A stretch of 64,000 nucleotides of DNA, taken from an uncultured delta proteobacterium. Its GTDB lineage: Bacteria > Desulfobacterota > RBG-13-43-22. A program made the position numbers and the translations under genes. The stretch's first letter is position 1. The number at the start of each line of letters is the position of its first letter. The notes beneath the pieces are model-generated. The model saw only the letters and a list, made by a program, of their open reading frames with translations. It ran no database searches and was not told the origin of the DNA. Shown piece by piece: positions 39,010 to 50,500 of this stretch. The DNA lies in assembly GCA_963743305.1 (NCBI GenBank), contig CAVUPH010000010.1, positions 1 to 64,000 on the forward strand. The letters are read 5' to 3'.

Positions 39010-40749
39010 ATGACTTCCAAAAAGAAAAACAAGGCCTTATTCCCCCTGCCGGATCATCAAACCCTGGGGATTATCTGGAACTCCATGGGGATCGGTGTCT
39101 TTACCGTTGATCTGGAACGCCGGGTGACTTCTTTTAACGAAGCGGCCATTAGCATAACCGGTTACCGGCTTGAGGAAGTGATCGGCAAACACTGCCACGA
39201 GGTCTTCGGAAACAATCTTTGCCAGGGAGATTGTCGTTTTCACCGGGCTTTTGAAAAAGGCAATTCTTTCTTGAATTTTGATCTGGAAATCATGGACCGG
39301 GAAGGGGATGCCATCCTGATCAATAAGACGGTAACTCCCCTTCGGGACCGTCAGGGAAATCTGGTCGGGGCCGTGGAAAGTTTTCAGGATGTGTCCCTCT
39401 TATGGGACCTTCACGGAAAGATCCGCTATCAGACCGAACGGTTTCGCCAAATTCTGGACAGCATGGCCCTGGGAGTGATCACTTTTACCCGTAGCGGGCA
39501 TATCCTTTCTTTTAATACCGGCGCGGAACGGATGACCGGTTTTCGCCGCGAGGAAGTGATCGGTAATCCCTGCCGGGATATCCTCTGTTCCAATCTGTGC
39601 CAGGCCGATTGCGGACTGGAAAAGATTCTGAAAGATGGGGAACCCCTGTCGGAGATCGATGGGGAGGTCCGGTCCAAAGACGGGACGGCCGTCCCGGTAA
39701 AAATCGCCTTCACCCTCCTGCGAGACGATGAGGGCAAAACGCTGGGGGCGGTGGGTATGTTCGAGGACCGCTCCCTGATTCAGCATTTGGAAAAGAAAAT
39801 ATACCAGCGGTTTACCTGTGGCGATATCATCAGCCAGGACCCCCGCATGCTCCGTATTTTTGAACTGCTGCCCATCGTCGCCAACCGGGATGTGACGGTG
39901 CTGATCCAAGGCCCCACCGGTTGTGGAAAGGACCTGGTGGCCAAAGTCATCCACGAACAAAGCCAGCGGGCCAAGGGGCCCTTTATTAAGGTCAATTGCG
40001 CGGCCATCCCGGAGAATCTACTGGAATCCGAGATGTTCGGCTATGTTCGCGGGGCTTTTACCGGCGCTCAGCACGACAAGCCTGGTTTGTTTCAACTAGC
40101 GAATCAGGGAACCATTTTTTTGGATGAGATCGGGGACCTGCCCCTGGCCCTTCAGGCGAAGTTGTTGCGGGTCCTGGAGGATAAGGAATTTTACCCCCTG
40201 GGGGCTAAAAAAACAGTCAAGGTGGATGTGCGGATTCTGGCGGCCACAAACCAGGATCTGGAAGGGATGATCCGGGAGCGGAAATTCAGGGAGGACTTGT
40301 TTTATCGCTTGAATGTCATTCGACTGGAACTTCCGCCTTTGCGGGAACGGGTTCAGGATATTCCTTTGCTGATTAATCATTTCCTGAGGCAAAGCAATCT
40401 GGAAAAGGGAAAGAGAATTCAACGCTTTGATCCGCCGGCCCTGGGCCTTCTCCTGGAATATCCGTATCCGGGCAATATCCGAGAACTAGAAAATATTATC
40501 GAACACGCCTGCCTGATCTGCCAGGGGGAGATCATCCAAGTGGAACACCTGCCGCTTTATGTGCAGGGCAGGAGGCGCGACCGGGAAAGCCTGCCGGCCC
40601 GTTCCCTTGACCCACCGTACGATGAGGCCGCCTGGATCCGGGAAGCCTTAAGCGCCCACCATTGGAATCGCCAGGCTACCGCCCAAAGGCTACACATGGA
40701 TCGGACCACGCTCTGGCGAAAGATGAGACGTTACAATCTGAAGCCCTGA
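39010..40749 (+). CDS. Sigma54-dependent activator (2 PAS + AAA+ + Fis HTH)
   Basis: GPTGCGKD, ESEMFG..GAFTGA, FLDEIG, RTTLWRKM. Confidence 0.95.
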   Translation: MTSKKKNKALFPLPDHQTLGIIWNSMGIGVFTVDLERRVTSFNEAAISITGYRLEEVIGKHCHEVFGNNLCQGDCRFHRAFEKGNSFLNFDLEIMDREGDAILINKTVTPLRDRQGNLVGAVESFQDVSLLWDLHGKIRYQTERFRQILDSMALGVITFTRSGHILSFNTGAERMTGFRREEVIGNPCRDILCSNLCQADCGLEKILKDGEPLSEIDGEVRSKDGTAVPVKIAFTLLRDDEGKTLGAVGMFEDRSLIQHLEKKIYQRFTCGDIISQDPRMLRIFELLPIVANRDVTVLIQGPTGCGKDLVAKVIHEQSQRAKGPFIKVNCAAIPENLLESEMFGYVRGAFTGAQHDKPGLFQLANQGTIFLDEIGDLPLALQAKLLRVLEDKEFYPLGAKKTVKVDVRILAATNQDLEGMIRERKFREDLFYRLNVIRLELPPLRERVQDIPLLINHFLRQSNLEKGKRIQRFDPPALGLLLEYPYPGNIRELENIIEHACLICQGEIIQVEHLPLYVQGRRRDRESLPARSLDPPYDEAAWIREALSAHHWNRQATAQRLHMDRTTLWRKMRRYNLKP

Positions 40750-40755
40750 AACAGA

Positions 40756-40914
40756 TGTTGCACGGATGCAACGCCTGTCCCGTCCTTTGCTCTTTCCCTG
40801 TCCATGTTTCCAAAGAGGCCAAGCTTTCCTGTAAGGATTTAACGAAACTATTCGATTAGTTAACAAAAAATAAATCCCCCTCTAAGAATTCACAAGAGTT
40901 GGCATAGACCATGC
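40756..40914 (+). promoter_or_regulatory. Sigma54 promoter with candidate upstream activator site
   Basis: TGGCAT-N5-ATGC at 40900-40914 (GG-N10-GC); palindrome TGTTGCA-N4-TGCAAC at 40756-40772. Confidence 0.7.
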
Positions 40915-40959
40915 TTTCCCTAGAAGTGGAGATTCAGCCTCAGGTCCCGAAGGAGTTTT

Positions 40960-43257
40960 ATGGTCAAGTCCTGGATCGAACCATTTATTAAGCGACTCTT
41001 CAACAGCCTCAGCTTGAAATTGGGTTTTTCGGTGGGCCTGGTGTTGTTCCTGACCATCCTGGGTTATGCCTATTACCTCATCAAGACCCAAGAGGCCCTG
41101 GGCATTCAGAAGATCCTGAGCACGGCCGGAATGTTCAGCGACACGCTGAAAAAAAGCACCAAATACAGCATGCTGAAGTATCAGCCCGAAGCTGTGCTGA
41201 AAATTATCGAGGCCGCCGGAGAACAATCCGGCGTGGAGCGCATACGCATTTTCAACAAGAAGGGGACCATTATGTACTCCACCCTGACCAGGGAAATCGG
41301 TCAGACGGTGAATCTTCAGGCCGAGGCCTGCTTCAGTTGTCACCAGAAAAATAAGCCCCTGGAGCGAATCCCCCTGAGCGCCCGCAGCCGGATTTTTTCC
41401 CCAAAAAATGGTGACCGGGTTATGGGGTATATCAATCCGATTTATAACGAGGAATCCTGCAGCACGGCGTCCTGTCATGCCCACCCAGCGGATCGGACCG
41501 TTCTGGGGGTCCTGGACGTCATCCTTTCTTTGAAGGAAGTCGAAAGAGAAAAAGGGAAAAATGTCTTCAATATTATAGTCTTTGCCATTTTCTTTTTCCT
41601 GGGAGCCTCCGGGTTGGTAGGTTTCTGCATTTACTTTTTCGTTAATCGTCCCATCAACCGCTTGCGGGTCAGCACCCGGGAAATCGCCGCCGGAGATTTG
41701 AATCACCCGGTGACCATCCATTCGCCCGACGAAATTGGTGACCTGTCTCAATCCTTTGAAGAAATGCGGCTGAAGATTCTGGCGACGACGACCGCTTTAG
41801 AAAAAAGCCAAAAAGAATTTCAGACCCTTTTCGAAAGTGTGCCCTGTTATATCAGCGTTCAAGATCGAAATTTTAATTTGGTCCGAACCAACAGGGAGTT
41901 TAGAAAGGATTTCGGAGGGTTCGATGGTGCCCATTGTTATGAGGTGTATAAGCATCGGGATGATAAATGTCCCAATTGCAGCGTGGAAAAAACCTTTTTA
42001 ACCGGCGCGGTTTACAGCAATGAGGAGGTAGTCACCACCAAAGACGGAAAAAAGGCTTATATGCTCATTTACACCGCTCCGATCTTCAACGAGAAGAATG
42101 AGATTGTGTCGGTTATGGAACTATCCACCAACATCACCAACCTGAAGGTTTTGGAAGAGGAACTGATAAAGTCCGAAGAGGCCTACCGGCTGATTTTCGA
42201 TAACGATCCCAGTCCCATTTTCGTGGTGCGACGGGCCGATTTTGAAATCATGGATGCCAATGCCCGGGCTTTGGATTTGTATGGTTTTGACAAGCCCGAG
42301 TTAGTACAAAAAACATTTTTTGATCTGGTGGCTGCAGATTACCGGGAAGCCTTGCGGATTTTCTTCCGGGAACGGAAAAATTTCTTGGGCAAATTAAAAC
42401 AGCTCGATCAATCCGGAGCTTTCTTTTATGTCAACTTGCGCTGCTCGGAAGGGATGTACCGGGATACCCCGGTTTATATTATCACCACCAACGATATTAC
42501 CGAGCGAATCCAGACGGAACAGCAATTGATGCAGGCCAGCAAGATGGCCACCCTCGGAGAAATGTCGGCCGGGGTAGCGCACGAATTGAATCAGCCCCTG
42601 ACCGTTATTAAAACAGGCAGCAGCTTCATTCTCCGCAAGGTCCGCCAGCGGCAGGTGATCCCCGAGGACACCCTGAGTACCATTGCGGAAGAAATGGATA
42701 GTCAGGTGGATCGGGCCTCCCGAATCATCAATCACCTCCGCGAATTCGGCCGGAAGACGGAGATCCTCACAGCGCCGACCCAGGTCAACGAAGCCATCCA
42801 GGGGACGCTGACGGTCATCGGCAAGCAGTTGGAGCTGCGGCAAATCAAGGTCTTCTTGGATCTGGATCCCGAATTGCCTCCGGTGCTGGCCGATAAAAAT
42901 CGTCTAGAGCAGGTTTTCATCAATCTGGCCATGAACGCCCGGGATGCCTTGGAGGAGCAGGTGGTCACTAAAAAAGAAATCAAAATTTCCACCCGTTTTG
43001 CGGAGGGTCGCGTGAAAACCGTTTTTGCGGATAACGGGTGCGGGATCTCCTCCGAAACTCAAAGCAAAATTTTCGAACCGTTTTTTTCAACCAAAGGGGT
43101 GGGGCAGGGGACCGGATTGGGTCTTTCGATCAGTTACGGAATTGTCCGGGATTACCAGGGCGAAATTCGGGTGGAAAGCGCTCCTGGGAAAGGAACGACT
43201 TTTATCGTTCTCTTCCCGCCATACCGGGAGGAGAAAGAATCAAAGGCCAATTTATGA
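40960..43257 (+). CDS. Sensor histidine kinase (periplasmic heme-c motif, HAMP, 2 PAS)
   Basis: Two TM helices around CFSCH and CSTASCH; AHELNQPL; N box and GTGLGL. Confidence 0.92.
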   Translation: MVKSWIEPFIKRLFNSLSLKLGFSVGLVLFLTILGYAYYLIKTQEALGIQKILSTAGMFSDTLKKSTKYSMLKYQPEAVLKIIEAAGEQSGVERIRIFNKKGTIMYSTLTREIGQTVNLQAEACFSCHQKNKPLERIPLSARSRIFSPKNGDRVMGYINPIYNEESCSTASCHAHPADRTVLGVLDVILSLKEVEREKGKNVFNIIVFAIFFFLGASGLVGFCIYFFVNRPINRLRVSTREIAAGDLNHPVTIHSPDEIGDLSQSFEEMRLKILATTTALEKSQKEFQTLFESVPCYISVQDRNFNLVRTNREFRKDFGGFDGAHCYEVYKHRDDKCPNCSVEKTFLTGAVYSNEEVVTTKDGKKAYMLIYTAPIFNEKNEIVSVMELSTNITNLKVLEEELIKSEEAYRLIFDNDPSPIFVVRRADFEIMDANARALDLYGFDKPELVQKTFFDLVAADYREALRIFFRERKNFLGKLKQLDQSGAFFYVNLRCSEGMYRDTPVYIITTNDITERIQTEQQLMQASKMATLGEMSAGVAHELNQPLTVIKTGSSFILRKVRQRQVIPEDTLSTIAEEMDSQVDRASRIINHLREFGRKTEILTAPTQVNEAIQGTLTVIGKQLELRQIKVFLDLDPELPPVLADKNRLEQVFINLAMNARDALEEQVVTKKEIKISTRFAEGRVKTVFADNGCGISSETQSKIFEPFFSTKGVGQGTGLGLSISYGIVRDYQGEIRVESAPGKGTTFIVLFPPYREEKESKANL

Positions 43258-44810
43258 AACCCAAGATACTGTTGATCGATGACGAGGAAGGGATCCGGAA
43301 ACTATTGGGGATTTCCTTACGGGATGCCGGCTATCCGGTATCCATCGCTATAGATGGGGAACGGGGGATGGAGCTGTTCCAGGAGGAAGCTCCGGAGATT
43401 ATCCTGACCGATATAAAAATGCCGGGCCTGGACGGGATGGAGGTCTTGCGTCGGGTCAAGGCCCTGAGCCCGGACACCGAAGTGATTGTCATCACCGGCC
43501 ACGGCGAGATGGAAGTGGCCATCCAATCGTTGCAATTGGATGCCTCCGATTTTATCACCAAGCCGATTCACGACGAGGCCCTCTTCGTGGCGCTCCGAAG
43601 GGCCGAAGAAAAATTGGCTTGGCGGCGGGCACTGAAGCGCTATAACGAGAATCTAAAAATCCAAGTCCGCGAAGCCACCGAGGAACTGAAAAAAAACTTT
43701 ACCCTTCAGGAAAATCTGCTGCAAAGCTCATTGGATGCCTTCATCGGCACCGATCGGCAAGGGAAAATCATTTTATTCAACCAGAGCGCTCAAAATCTTT
43801 CCGGATATACCCTAGAGGAACTGCAGGGAATTCCTGACCCCCTGATCCGGTTGGTTCCCGAGTGGAGCGCCTTTGTCTCCCAAGCGATTCAGGGACAGGA
43901 GTTCGGGCCGATAATAAACCGATGCCTGGTCAAAAGGAGCCTTTTGATCTGCAAAACCCGGGAAAAAATCCCGGTTCAGCTTTCCGGCAACTTGCTCCTG
44001 GAGAGCGGCCAAATAATCGGCGGAATCTGCTGCCTCCAAGACCAGCGGGAAATGGATCGCCTGCAGAAAGAGTTGCTGCGGGCTGAACGCCTGGCCGCCA
44101 CCGGCCAGACCGTAGCCGGCATGGCCCACGCGATCAAGAATATTTTGGGAGGGCTTAAGGGCGGCCGGTTCATGGTGAATAAAGGACTGGAAATTAAGGA
44201 AATGAAGTACCTCCAGGACGGGTGGGCCATGGTGGAGCGAAATATAGAAAAAATATCTCAACTGACGATGGATCTCCTGTCCTTCTGTAAGGAACGGGAT
44301 CCGGAATGGGAAATCGTTCAACCCAATGATCTGATGCGGGAAGTTTATGAACTGTATCGGGATCAGGCCGCCGAGCGGGGGGTACGATTAAAGCTCGACC
44401 TCGATGAAAATATGGAGCCCTTGTCCTTGGACCCCCGGGAAATATATCAAGTCCTGGCCAATCTGGTGGGAAATGCCATCGATGCCTGTACCTTGGGGGA
44501 GGGTCTGCCTTCCGAACCGGAAACGATCATTCGCAGTCGGTCCCTGCCGGAAGAAAAGATCCTGCTGGAAGTCCGGGACAACGGGCTGGGGATGTCGGCT
44601 GAAGTTCGGAAAAAATTGTTTACCATTTTTTTCAGCACCAAAGGTTCGCGGGGAACCGGGCTGGGATTGCTGCTATCCCATAAAATCGTCCAGGAACATG
44701 ACGGGGAGATCCGGGTGGAATCCGCTCCCCGGCAAGGCGCGGTTTTTCAGGTCATCTTGCCCAAAAGACAGCGGAACGAACCGGCGACTCACTCTCAGCC
44801 GGCAGCTTGA
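43254..44810 (+). CDS. Hybrid REC-PAS-histidine kinase
   Basis: ILLIDDE...TDIKMPG; AHAIKN; GTGLGL; ATGA coupling to the upstream gene. Confidence 0.92.
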   Translation: MKPKILLIDDEEGIRKLLGISLRDAGYPVSIAIDGERGMELFQEEAPEIILTDIKMPGLDGMEVLRRVKALSPDTEVIVITGHGEMEVAIQSLQLDASDFITKPIHDEALFVALRRAEEKLAWRRALKRYNENLKIQVREATEELKKNFTLQENLLQSSLDAFIGTDRQGKIILFNQSAQNLSGYTLEELQGIPDPLIRLVPEWSAFVSQAIQGQEFGPIINRCLVKRSLLICKTREKIPVQLSGNLLLESGQIIGGICCLQDQREMDRLQKELLRAERLAATGQTVAGMAHAIKNILGGLKGGRFMVNKGLEIKEMKYLQDGWAMVERNIEKISQLTMDLLSFCKERDPEWEIVQPNDLMREVYELYRDQAAERGVRLKLDLDENMEPLSLDPREIYQVLANLVGNAIDACTLGEGLPSEPETIIRSRSLPEEKILLEVRDNGLGMSAEVRKKLFTIFFSTKGSRGTGLGLLLSHKIVQEHDGEIRVESAPRQGAVFQVILPKRQRNEPATHSQPAA

Positions 44811-44838
44811 GAAAGACAGGAAATGAAATGGATAGGAC

Positions 44839-45056
44839 TGCAACAAATGTTGCAATTTGCAACGTTCAGTTTCGAAGAATCAAGAATCCCTGGCCCAACC
44901 AATCCCCTCCTCAAGCCTGCACTTTCAATGTCGATTCGAAAGGGAGCCGGCCTTTTAAACTATTTAACTATGCAATATCAGTTGGTTGAAAATGGAACGG
45001 AGACCGGGAGGGAGGTACTGAGGCTTTTTGTGAACCATTTGGTATGGAAGATGCAA
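44839..45056 (+). promoter_or_regulatory. Sigma54 promoter and activator site for the usp-hdr-met operon
   Basis: TGGTAT-N5-ATGCA at 45040-45055; TGTTGCA-N3-TGCAAC at 44848-44863 overlapping TGCAACA at 44839. Confidence 0.65.
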
Positions 45057-45102
45057 ATTAAGAAAGCAGAGTGAGGCAAACCTTTTAATCCAGGAGGCCT
45101 TT

Positions 45103-45579
45103 ATGAAACTGAAATACAAGAATATTCTTTACTGCACTGATTTTTCCGATGATGCCGATTATGCCTTTCTCACGGCCTGGGACATGGCGGAGAAATATCA
45201 GGCGCACCTCATCGTTTTCCACGTGCTCCACTCGCCTCACAAGTACACCCGGCAGGTAGTGGATGAGCAGTCTGAAGGGGGAGAAGAGTTTTTCATGTCT
45301 CCGGAAGTGATGGAAAAGGGGGTACAGAAACTCAAAGAGAAGTATGGGGCCAAAATGGGGAGTTTTCAGAATTATGAATATCAGGTCGTGGCCGGCGTCC
45401 CTTTCGTGGAGATCGTCCGCTTTGCCCGGGCCCATGACGTGGACTTCATTGTCCTGGGCGCTTCCGGCAGCTCGGAGCTGGACAAAACGACCTTCGGCAG
45501 CACGGCGGAAAACGTAGCCCGCCGGGCCCATTGCACCGTAATGGCCATCCGCTTACCCGGGAAAATTTTCAAACTTTAG
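45103..45579 (+). CDS. Universal stress protein
   Basis: ILYCTDFS...FGSTAENVARRAHCTV. Confidence 0.92.
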   Translation: MKLKYKNILYCTDFSDDADYAFLTAWDMAEKYQAHLIVFHVLHSPHKYTRQVVDEQSEGGEEFFMSPEVMEKGVQKLKEKYGAKMGSFQNYEYQVVAGVPFVEIVRFARAHDVDFIVLGASGSSELDKTTFGSTAENVARRAHCTVMAIRLPGKIFKL

Positions 45580-45596
45580 GAATTAGGGAGGGAGAC

Positions 45597-45989
45597 ATGA
45601 AAAAGAAAATTCTGGTGGTGGACGATGAAATGGACATTCGCATCTTCATCTCTACCCTGCTGGAAACCAACGGTTACAAACCTATTGTGGCCAAGGATGG
45701 GGAAGAAGGACTGAAGATGATTAAAGAAAATAAGCCGGAAGGCATTATTTTGGATGTGATGATGCCCAAGGAAAGCGGCCTGAAATTATACCGGGAAATC
45801 AAATCCAATGACGCCACCAAACATATCCCGGTGATCATGTGTTCCGCGGTGTCTAAGAAGACCTTTTTTCATTCGCACAAGGAGCTGGACCGTTACCACG
45901 GCGCCTCCATCCCCGAACCCGAGGCCTATATTGAAAAACCCCCCGAGGCGGAGGAATTGTTAAGCAGCCTACAGCGCCTGGTCGTTTAA
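45597..45989 (+). CDS. Single-domain response regulator
   Basis: ILVVDDE, LDVMMP, YIEKP. Confidence 0.92.
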   Translation: MKKKILVVDDEMDIRIFISTLLETNGYKPIVAKDGEEGLKMIKENKPEGIILDVMMPKESGLKLYREIKSNDATKHIPVIMCSAVSKKTFFHSHKELDRYHGASIPEPEAYIEKPPEAEELLSSLQRLVV

Positions 45990-46005
45990 TACTAAAGGAA
46001 AAATC

Positions 46006-46644
46006 ATGGAGCAGCGGGAAGAAGAATTATTGGTCCTGGATCCGAGATTTCTCGAAGAGGTCGAGGCCGAAAGCGGAGTAAAGGTTTCGGCCTGTTTTCA
46101 GTGCCGGAAATGCACCAATGGCTGTCCGGTGACCTTTGCCATGGACTTGTATCCGGACCAGGTGATGCGCTACATTCAGTTGGGGATCCGGGAACCGGTT
46201 TTGAACAGTTCGACCATCTGGGTCTGCGCCTCCTGCGAGACCTGCACCACCCGGTGCCCGAACGAGGTGGATATCGCCGGGGCGATGGACTACCTGAAGC
46301 AGACGGTGGTGCGGGAAAAATCGAAGGCCCGGGAGGGGAAGGTCCTGACCTTTCACCAGGTCTTTTTAGACGATATCCGCAAACGGGGTCGAATCTTTGA
46401 ATCGGGGCTGATGCAAAACTATCTGCTCAAGAGCGGCGAGGCCTTCACTAAATTGAAAGACCTGTCCATCCTGGAGGAGATGCGCCTGGGTTGGACCATG
46501 TACCGGAAGGGGAGGCTGAACCTGTTGCCTCACTCGATCAAGGGGAAGGACGAGGTGAGGGAGCTTTTTAGAGAACGCGAGGCGCGAGGTGCGAAGGCAA
46601 GGCTAAAGGTCGAAGGATCGGGAACGAAGGTAAGCAAAATGTAA
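46006..46644 (+). CDS. hdrC: Heterodisulfide reductase subunit C-like
   Basis: CFQCRKCTNGCP and CASCETCTTRCP. Confidence 0.88.
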   Translation: MEQREEELLVLDPRFLEEVEAESGVKVSACFQCRKCTNGCPVTFAMDLYPDQVMRYIQLGIREPVLNSSTIWVCASCETCTTRCPNEVDIAGAMDYLKQTVVREKSKAREGKVLTFHQVFLDDIRKRGRIFESGLMQNYLLKSGEAFTKLKDLSILEEMRLGWTMYRKGRLNLLPHSIKGKDEVRELFREREARGAKARLKVEGSGTKVSKM

Positions 46645-46669
46645 AGAAAAGTGATAAAGCCGGGTAAGG

Positions 46670-46715
46670 CGACTAACGCAATAAACCAAACCAACGAAAT
46701 CAACGAGACAAACGA
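46670..46715 (+). repeat. 9-nt period AAC-rich tandem repeat between hdrC and hdrB
   Basis: actaacgca ataaaccaa accaacgaa atcaacgag acaaacgat. Confidence 0.5.
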
Positions 46716-46716
46716 T

Positions 46717-47568
46717 ATGAAAGTTTCCTATTATCCAGGCTGTTCGCTGGAGGCCACGGCCCGGGATTACCGGGAATCGCTGGAATATGTCTGTAGTCGG
46801 TTGGGGATTGAACTGGCTGAGATCAATGACTGGAGTTGCTGCGGGGCTACGGCGGCGCACAGCACGGATGAATTTTTATCCCTGGCCTTGCCGGCCCGGA
46901 ATTTAGCCTTGGCCGAGCAGGCGGGGCTGGATGTGGTGGTGCCTTGCCCCATGTGTTTCAACCGCCTAAAAACAGCCGGCCATGAATTGGAACAAGGGTC
47001 TCCGCCAGGCCTTTCCTATACCTTTCAGGGACGAATCAAGGTCTGGGACCTTTTGGATTTCCTGAGCCAGCCGGTTTGGCTGGCCCAAATCCAAGCCCAG
47101 GTCAAGCAACCCCTTCAGGGGCTTTCCTTGGTTCCTTATTACGGGTGCATGGCCAACCGTCCTCCCAAAATCACCGGGGCCGGCCACCACGAAAACCCTC
47201 AGAATATGGATACCTTGCTTAAAGCGCTGGGGGCCACGGTACCGGACTGGTCTTATAAGACCGACTGTTGCGGGGCCAGCCATACGGTATCCCGGCCGGA
47301 TATTGTCCAGACCCTGGTGCAGCGGCTCTATGAGCGGGCGCTGGAGGCGGGGGCCGAGGCCATCGTCGTCTCCTGCCAGATGTGCCAGGCCAACCTGGAT
47401 ATGCCTCAGGCCAAGATCGCCGAGCTCTTTAAAAAGAAATACGATCTGCCGGTTTACTATTTTACCGAACTGATCGGCGTGGCCTGGAATATTCCCGAGG
47501 TTAAAACCTGGCTCTCCCGGCATCTCGTAAACCCGCTGCCCCTCCTGGAAAGAAAGGGATTGATGTAA
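46717..47568 (+). CDS. hdrB: Heterodisulfide reductase subunit B-like
   Basis: YYPGCSL, WSCCG, CPMC, YYGC, CCG, CQMC. Confidence 0.9.
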   Translation: MKVSYYPGCSLEATARDYRESLEYVCSRLGIELAEINDWSCCGATAAHSTDEFLSLALPARNLALAEQAGLDVVVPCPMCFNRLKTAGHELEQGSPPGLSYTFQGRIKVWDLLDFLSQPVWLAQIQAQVKQPLQGLSLVPYYGCMANRPPKITGAGHHENPQNMDTLLKALGATVPDWSYKTDCCGASHTVSRPDIVQTLVQRLYERALEAGAEAIVVSCQMCQANLDMPQAKIAELFKKKYDLPVYYFTELIGVAWNIPEVKTWLSRHLVNPLPLLERKGLM

Positions 47569-47569
47569 G

Positions 47570-50500
47570 ATGGAATCATCGGCCGTTGAATCGCCCCTCG
47601 GGGAAAAAGAAAAAATTGGAGCCGTCATGGTCGTGGGCTCCGGGATATCGGGGATGCAATCCTCCCTGGACCTGGCCAATGCCGGCTATAAAGTTTTTCT
47701 GGTGGATAAGAACGTGAGTATCGGCGGGGTCATGGCCCAGTTGGACAAGACCTTTCCCACCAACGACTGTTCCACCTGTATGATCTCGCCTAAGCTCATC
47801 GAGGTGGCCAGCAATCCCAACATCGAGGTCCTCACCCGGACGCGGGTAAAAGGTCTTTCCGGAGAACCGGGACACTTTACGGTGGCCCTGCATCGCGAAC
47901 CCCGTTTTGTCAAAGAAGAAGCCTGCACCGGCTGCGGGGACTGTGTTAAGGTCTGCCCCATTGAGGTACCCGCCGATTTCAACCTCGGTTTAAACCGGCG
48001 TAAGGCCATCTACCGACATTTCCCCCAGGCCGTCCCCTCGACTTTTGCCATTGACCGTAATGGAACTTCCCCCTGTAAGGCCACCTGTCCGGCTCACATC
48101 AGTGTCCAGGGCTACGTAGCGCTAATCGCCCAGGGACAATTCGAGGAGGCCCTGGCCCTGATCCGCCGCGAGAACCCCCTGCCTTTTGTCTGCGGTTACG
48201 TCTGTACCCATCCTTGCGAAGGGGTCTGTCAGCGGGGAGAAAAGGTCGACGAACCCATAGCCATACGGGAGCTGAAACGGTTTGTCGCCGAATATGAACG
48301 TCGGCGCGGGGCGGTAAAACTTCCGCTGCTGGAAGCGAAACGAACGGAGAATATAGCCGTCGTCGGTTCCGGTCCGGCCGGGTTGACTTGTGCCTATTAC
48401 CTGGCCCTGAAGGGTTATGGGGTAACCATTTTTGAAGCCCTGCCGAAGGCCGGAGGAATGCTGACGGTCGGTATTCCCAATTACCGCCTGCCCAAAGAAA
48501 TAGTGGAAAGGGAGATTAAGGCCATAGAGGGCCTGGGAGTAACGATCCGTTTGAATGAACCCATCGGACCCGGACATACCCTGGAGCAGTTGAAGGAAGA
48601 GGGATTTAAGGCGGTTTATATCGGCATCGGGGCCCACCGGGGGATCCGGCTGGGAATCGAAGGTGAAGATTTGGCCGGGGTGGTGGCCGGGGTGGATTTC
48701 TTGCGTCGAACCGCCTTGGGACGCCAGGAGTCCCTGGGGAAAAAGGTGGCGGTGATCGGGGGCGGGAATGTGGCCGTCGATGCCGTGCGCACGGCCCTGC
48801 GGCTGGGTTCGGATGAGGCCCAGATCCTTTATCGCCGTACCCGGGAGGAGATGCCGGCCTATGCAGAGGAGATCGAAGAGGCCTTAGAAGAAGGGGTGAC
48901 GATTCATTACCTGACCGCCCCCATTCGGTTTATCGGCGACGCCGCGGGTCGGCTCACGGCCGTCGAATGCATTCAAATGGAATTGGGTGATCCGGATGCC
49001 TCGGGACGACGCCGACCGGTACCGGTCCAGGGCTCCCAATTTCAGATCCCGGTGGATGGGGTTATCACGGCCATCAGCCAACAACCTGAACTGGACAACT
49101 TTACCCTTCCCGACGGGGTCGTTGTCTCCCGATACGGGACCTTTAGCGTCGATCCGAGTACCCTTCAGACCGATGTTCCCTGGATTTTTGCCGGCGGGGA
49201 CGCCGTGTTGGGTCCGAAGACCGTCATCGAAGCCATCGCCCAAGGCAAAGAAGCCGCCCTTTCCATCGACCGTTTTGTGAAAGGGGAGGACCTAAAAGCC
49301 GGGAGGGAGAAGTCTTTCGAGATCGCCGAAGTGGAGACCCAGAATATCCCGGCCGCTCCCCGCTTCAAACCCCTGCGCAGCGATCCCGACTCCCGGCGCT
49401 CGAATTTTGAGGAAGTGGTCCGGGTCATGACCGAGGAGGAGGCCCAGGCCGAAGCCTCCCGCTGCCTGGCCTGCGGGATCTGCTCCGAATGCTATCAATG
49501 TGTTACCGCCTGTAAGGCCGGGGCTATCGATCACACCATGCAGGGGGAGGATCTTTCCCTGGAGGTCGGGGCCCTGGTGGTCTCCCCGGGTTTTGAGACC
49601 TTTGATGCCCGGTTAAAGGGAGAATACGGCTACGGTCGCTACCCCAATGTCATTACCAGCCTGGAATTCGAACGGATCCTCTCCGCCTCCGGGCCTTTCC
49701 AGGGCCATGTCCAGCGTCTCTCAGACGGTCGGGAGCCCGTCAAAGTGGCCTGGATTCAATGTGTCGGTTCCCGGGATGCCTCGATCAATCGGGATTACTG
49801 CTCCTATGTCTGCTGCATGTACGCTACCAAGCAGGCCATTATCGCCAAGGAGCATGTGACCACCATCGAACCGACCATCTTTTTTATTGATATCCGAGCC
49901 CAGGGCAAAGGGTTCGACCGGTATTACGAACGGGCCAAGAAAGACCACGGGGTCCGTTACCTGCGGAGTCTCGTCTCCCGGGTGGCCGAGAACCCTAAAA
50001 CCCACAATTTGCAGATTGCTTATATTGATGAAAACAATGCCTTCCAGAGCGAAGAATTCGATCTGGTGATTCTTTCCGTAGGGCTGAATGCCCATTCCGA
50101 ATCGAAGGAACTGGCCCAGTGTCTGGGGATAGCCACGGACCGCTTCGGTTTTTGCGAAAATCCACCCTTAAATAGTGTGGGCACCTCCCAGCCGGGGATC
50201 TTTGTCAGCGGGGTCTTTCAAAATCCAAAGGATATCCCCGAGACCGTTACCCAGGCCAGCGGAGCGGCTGCCGAGGCGGCGGCCCTGCTCTCTGAGGCGC
50301 GAGGGACTCAAATTTCGGAAATGGTTTTCCCGGAGGAACGGGCCATCCAGGGGGAGGAACCCCGGATCGGGGTCCTCATCTGCCACTGCGGGATCAACAT
50401 CGCCGGGATCGTGGACGTGGAGAAGGTCACCGAATATGCCAAAACGCTGCCGGGGGTGGTTTACGCCGACCACTTTCTCTTTACCTGTTCCACGGACAGT

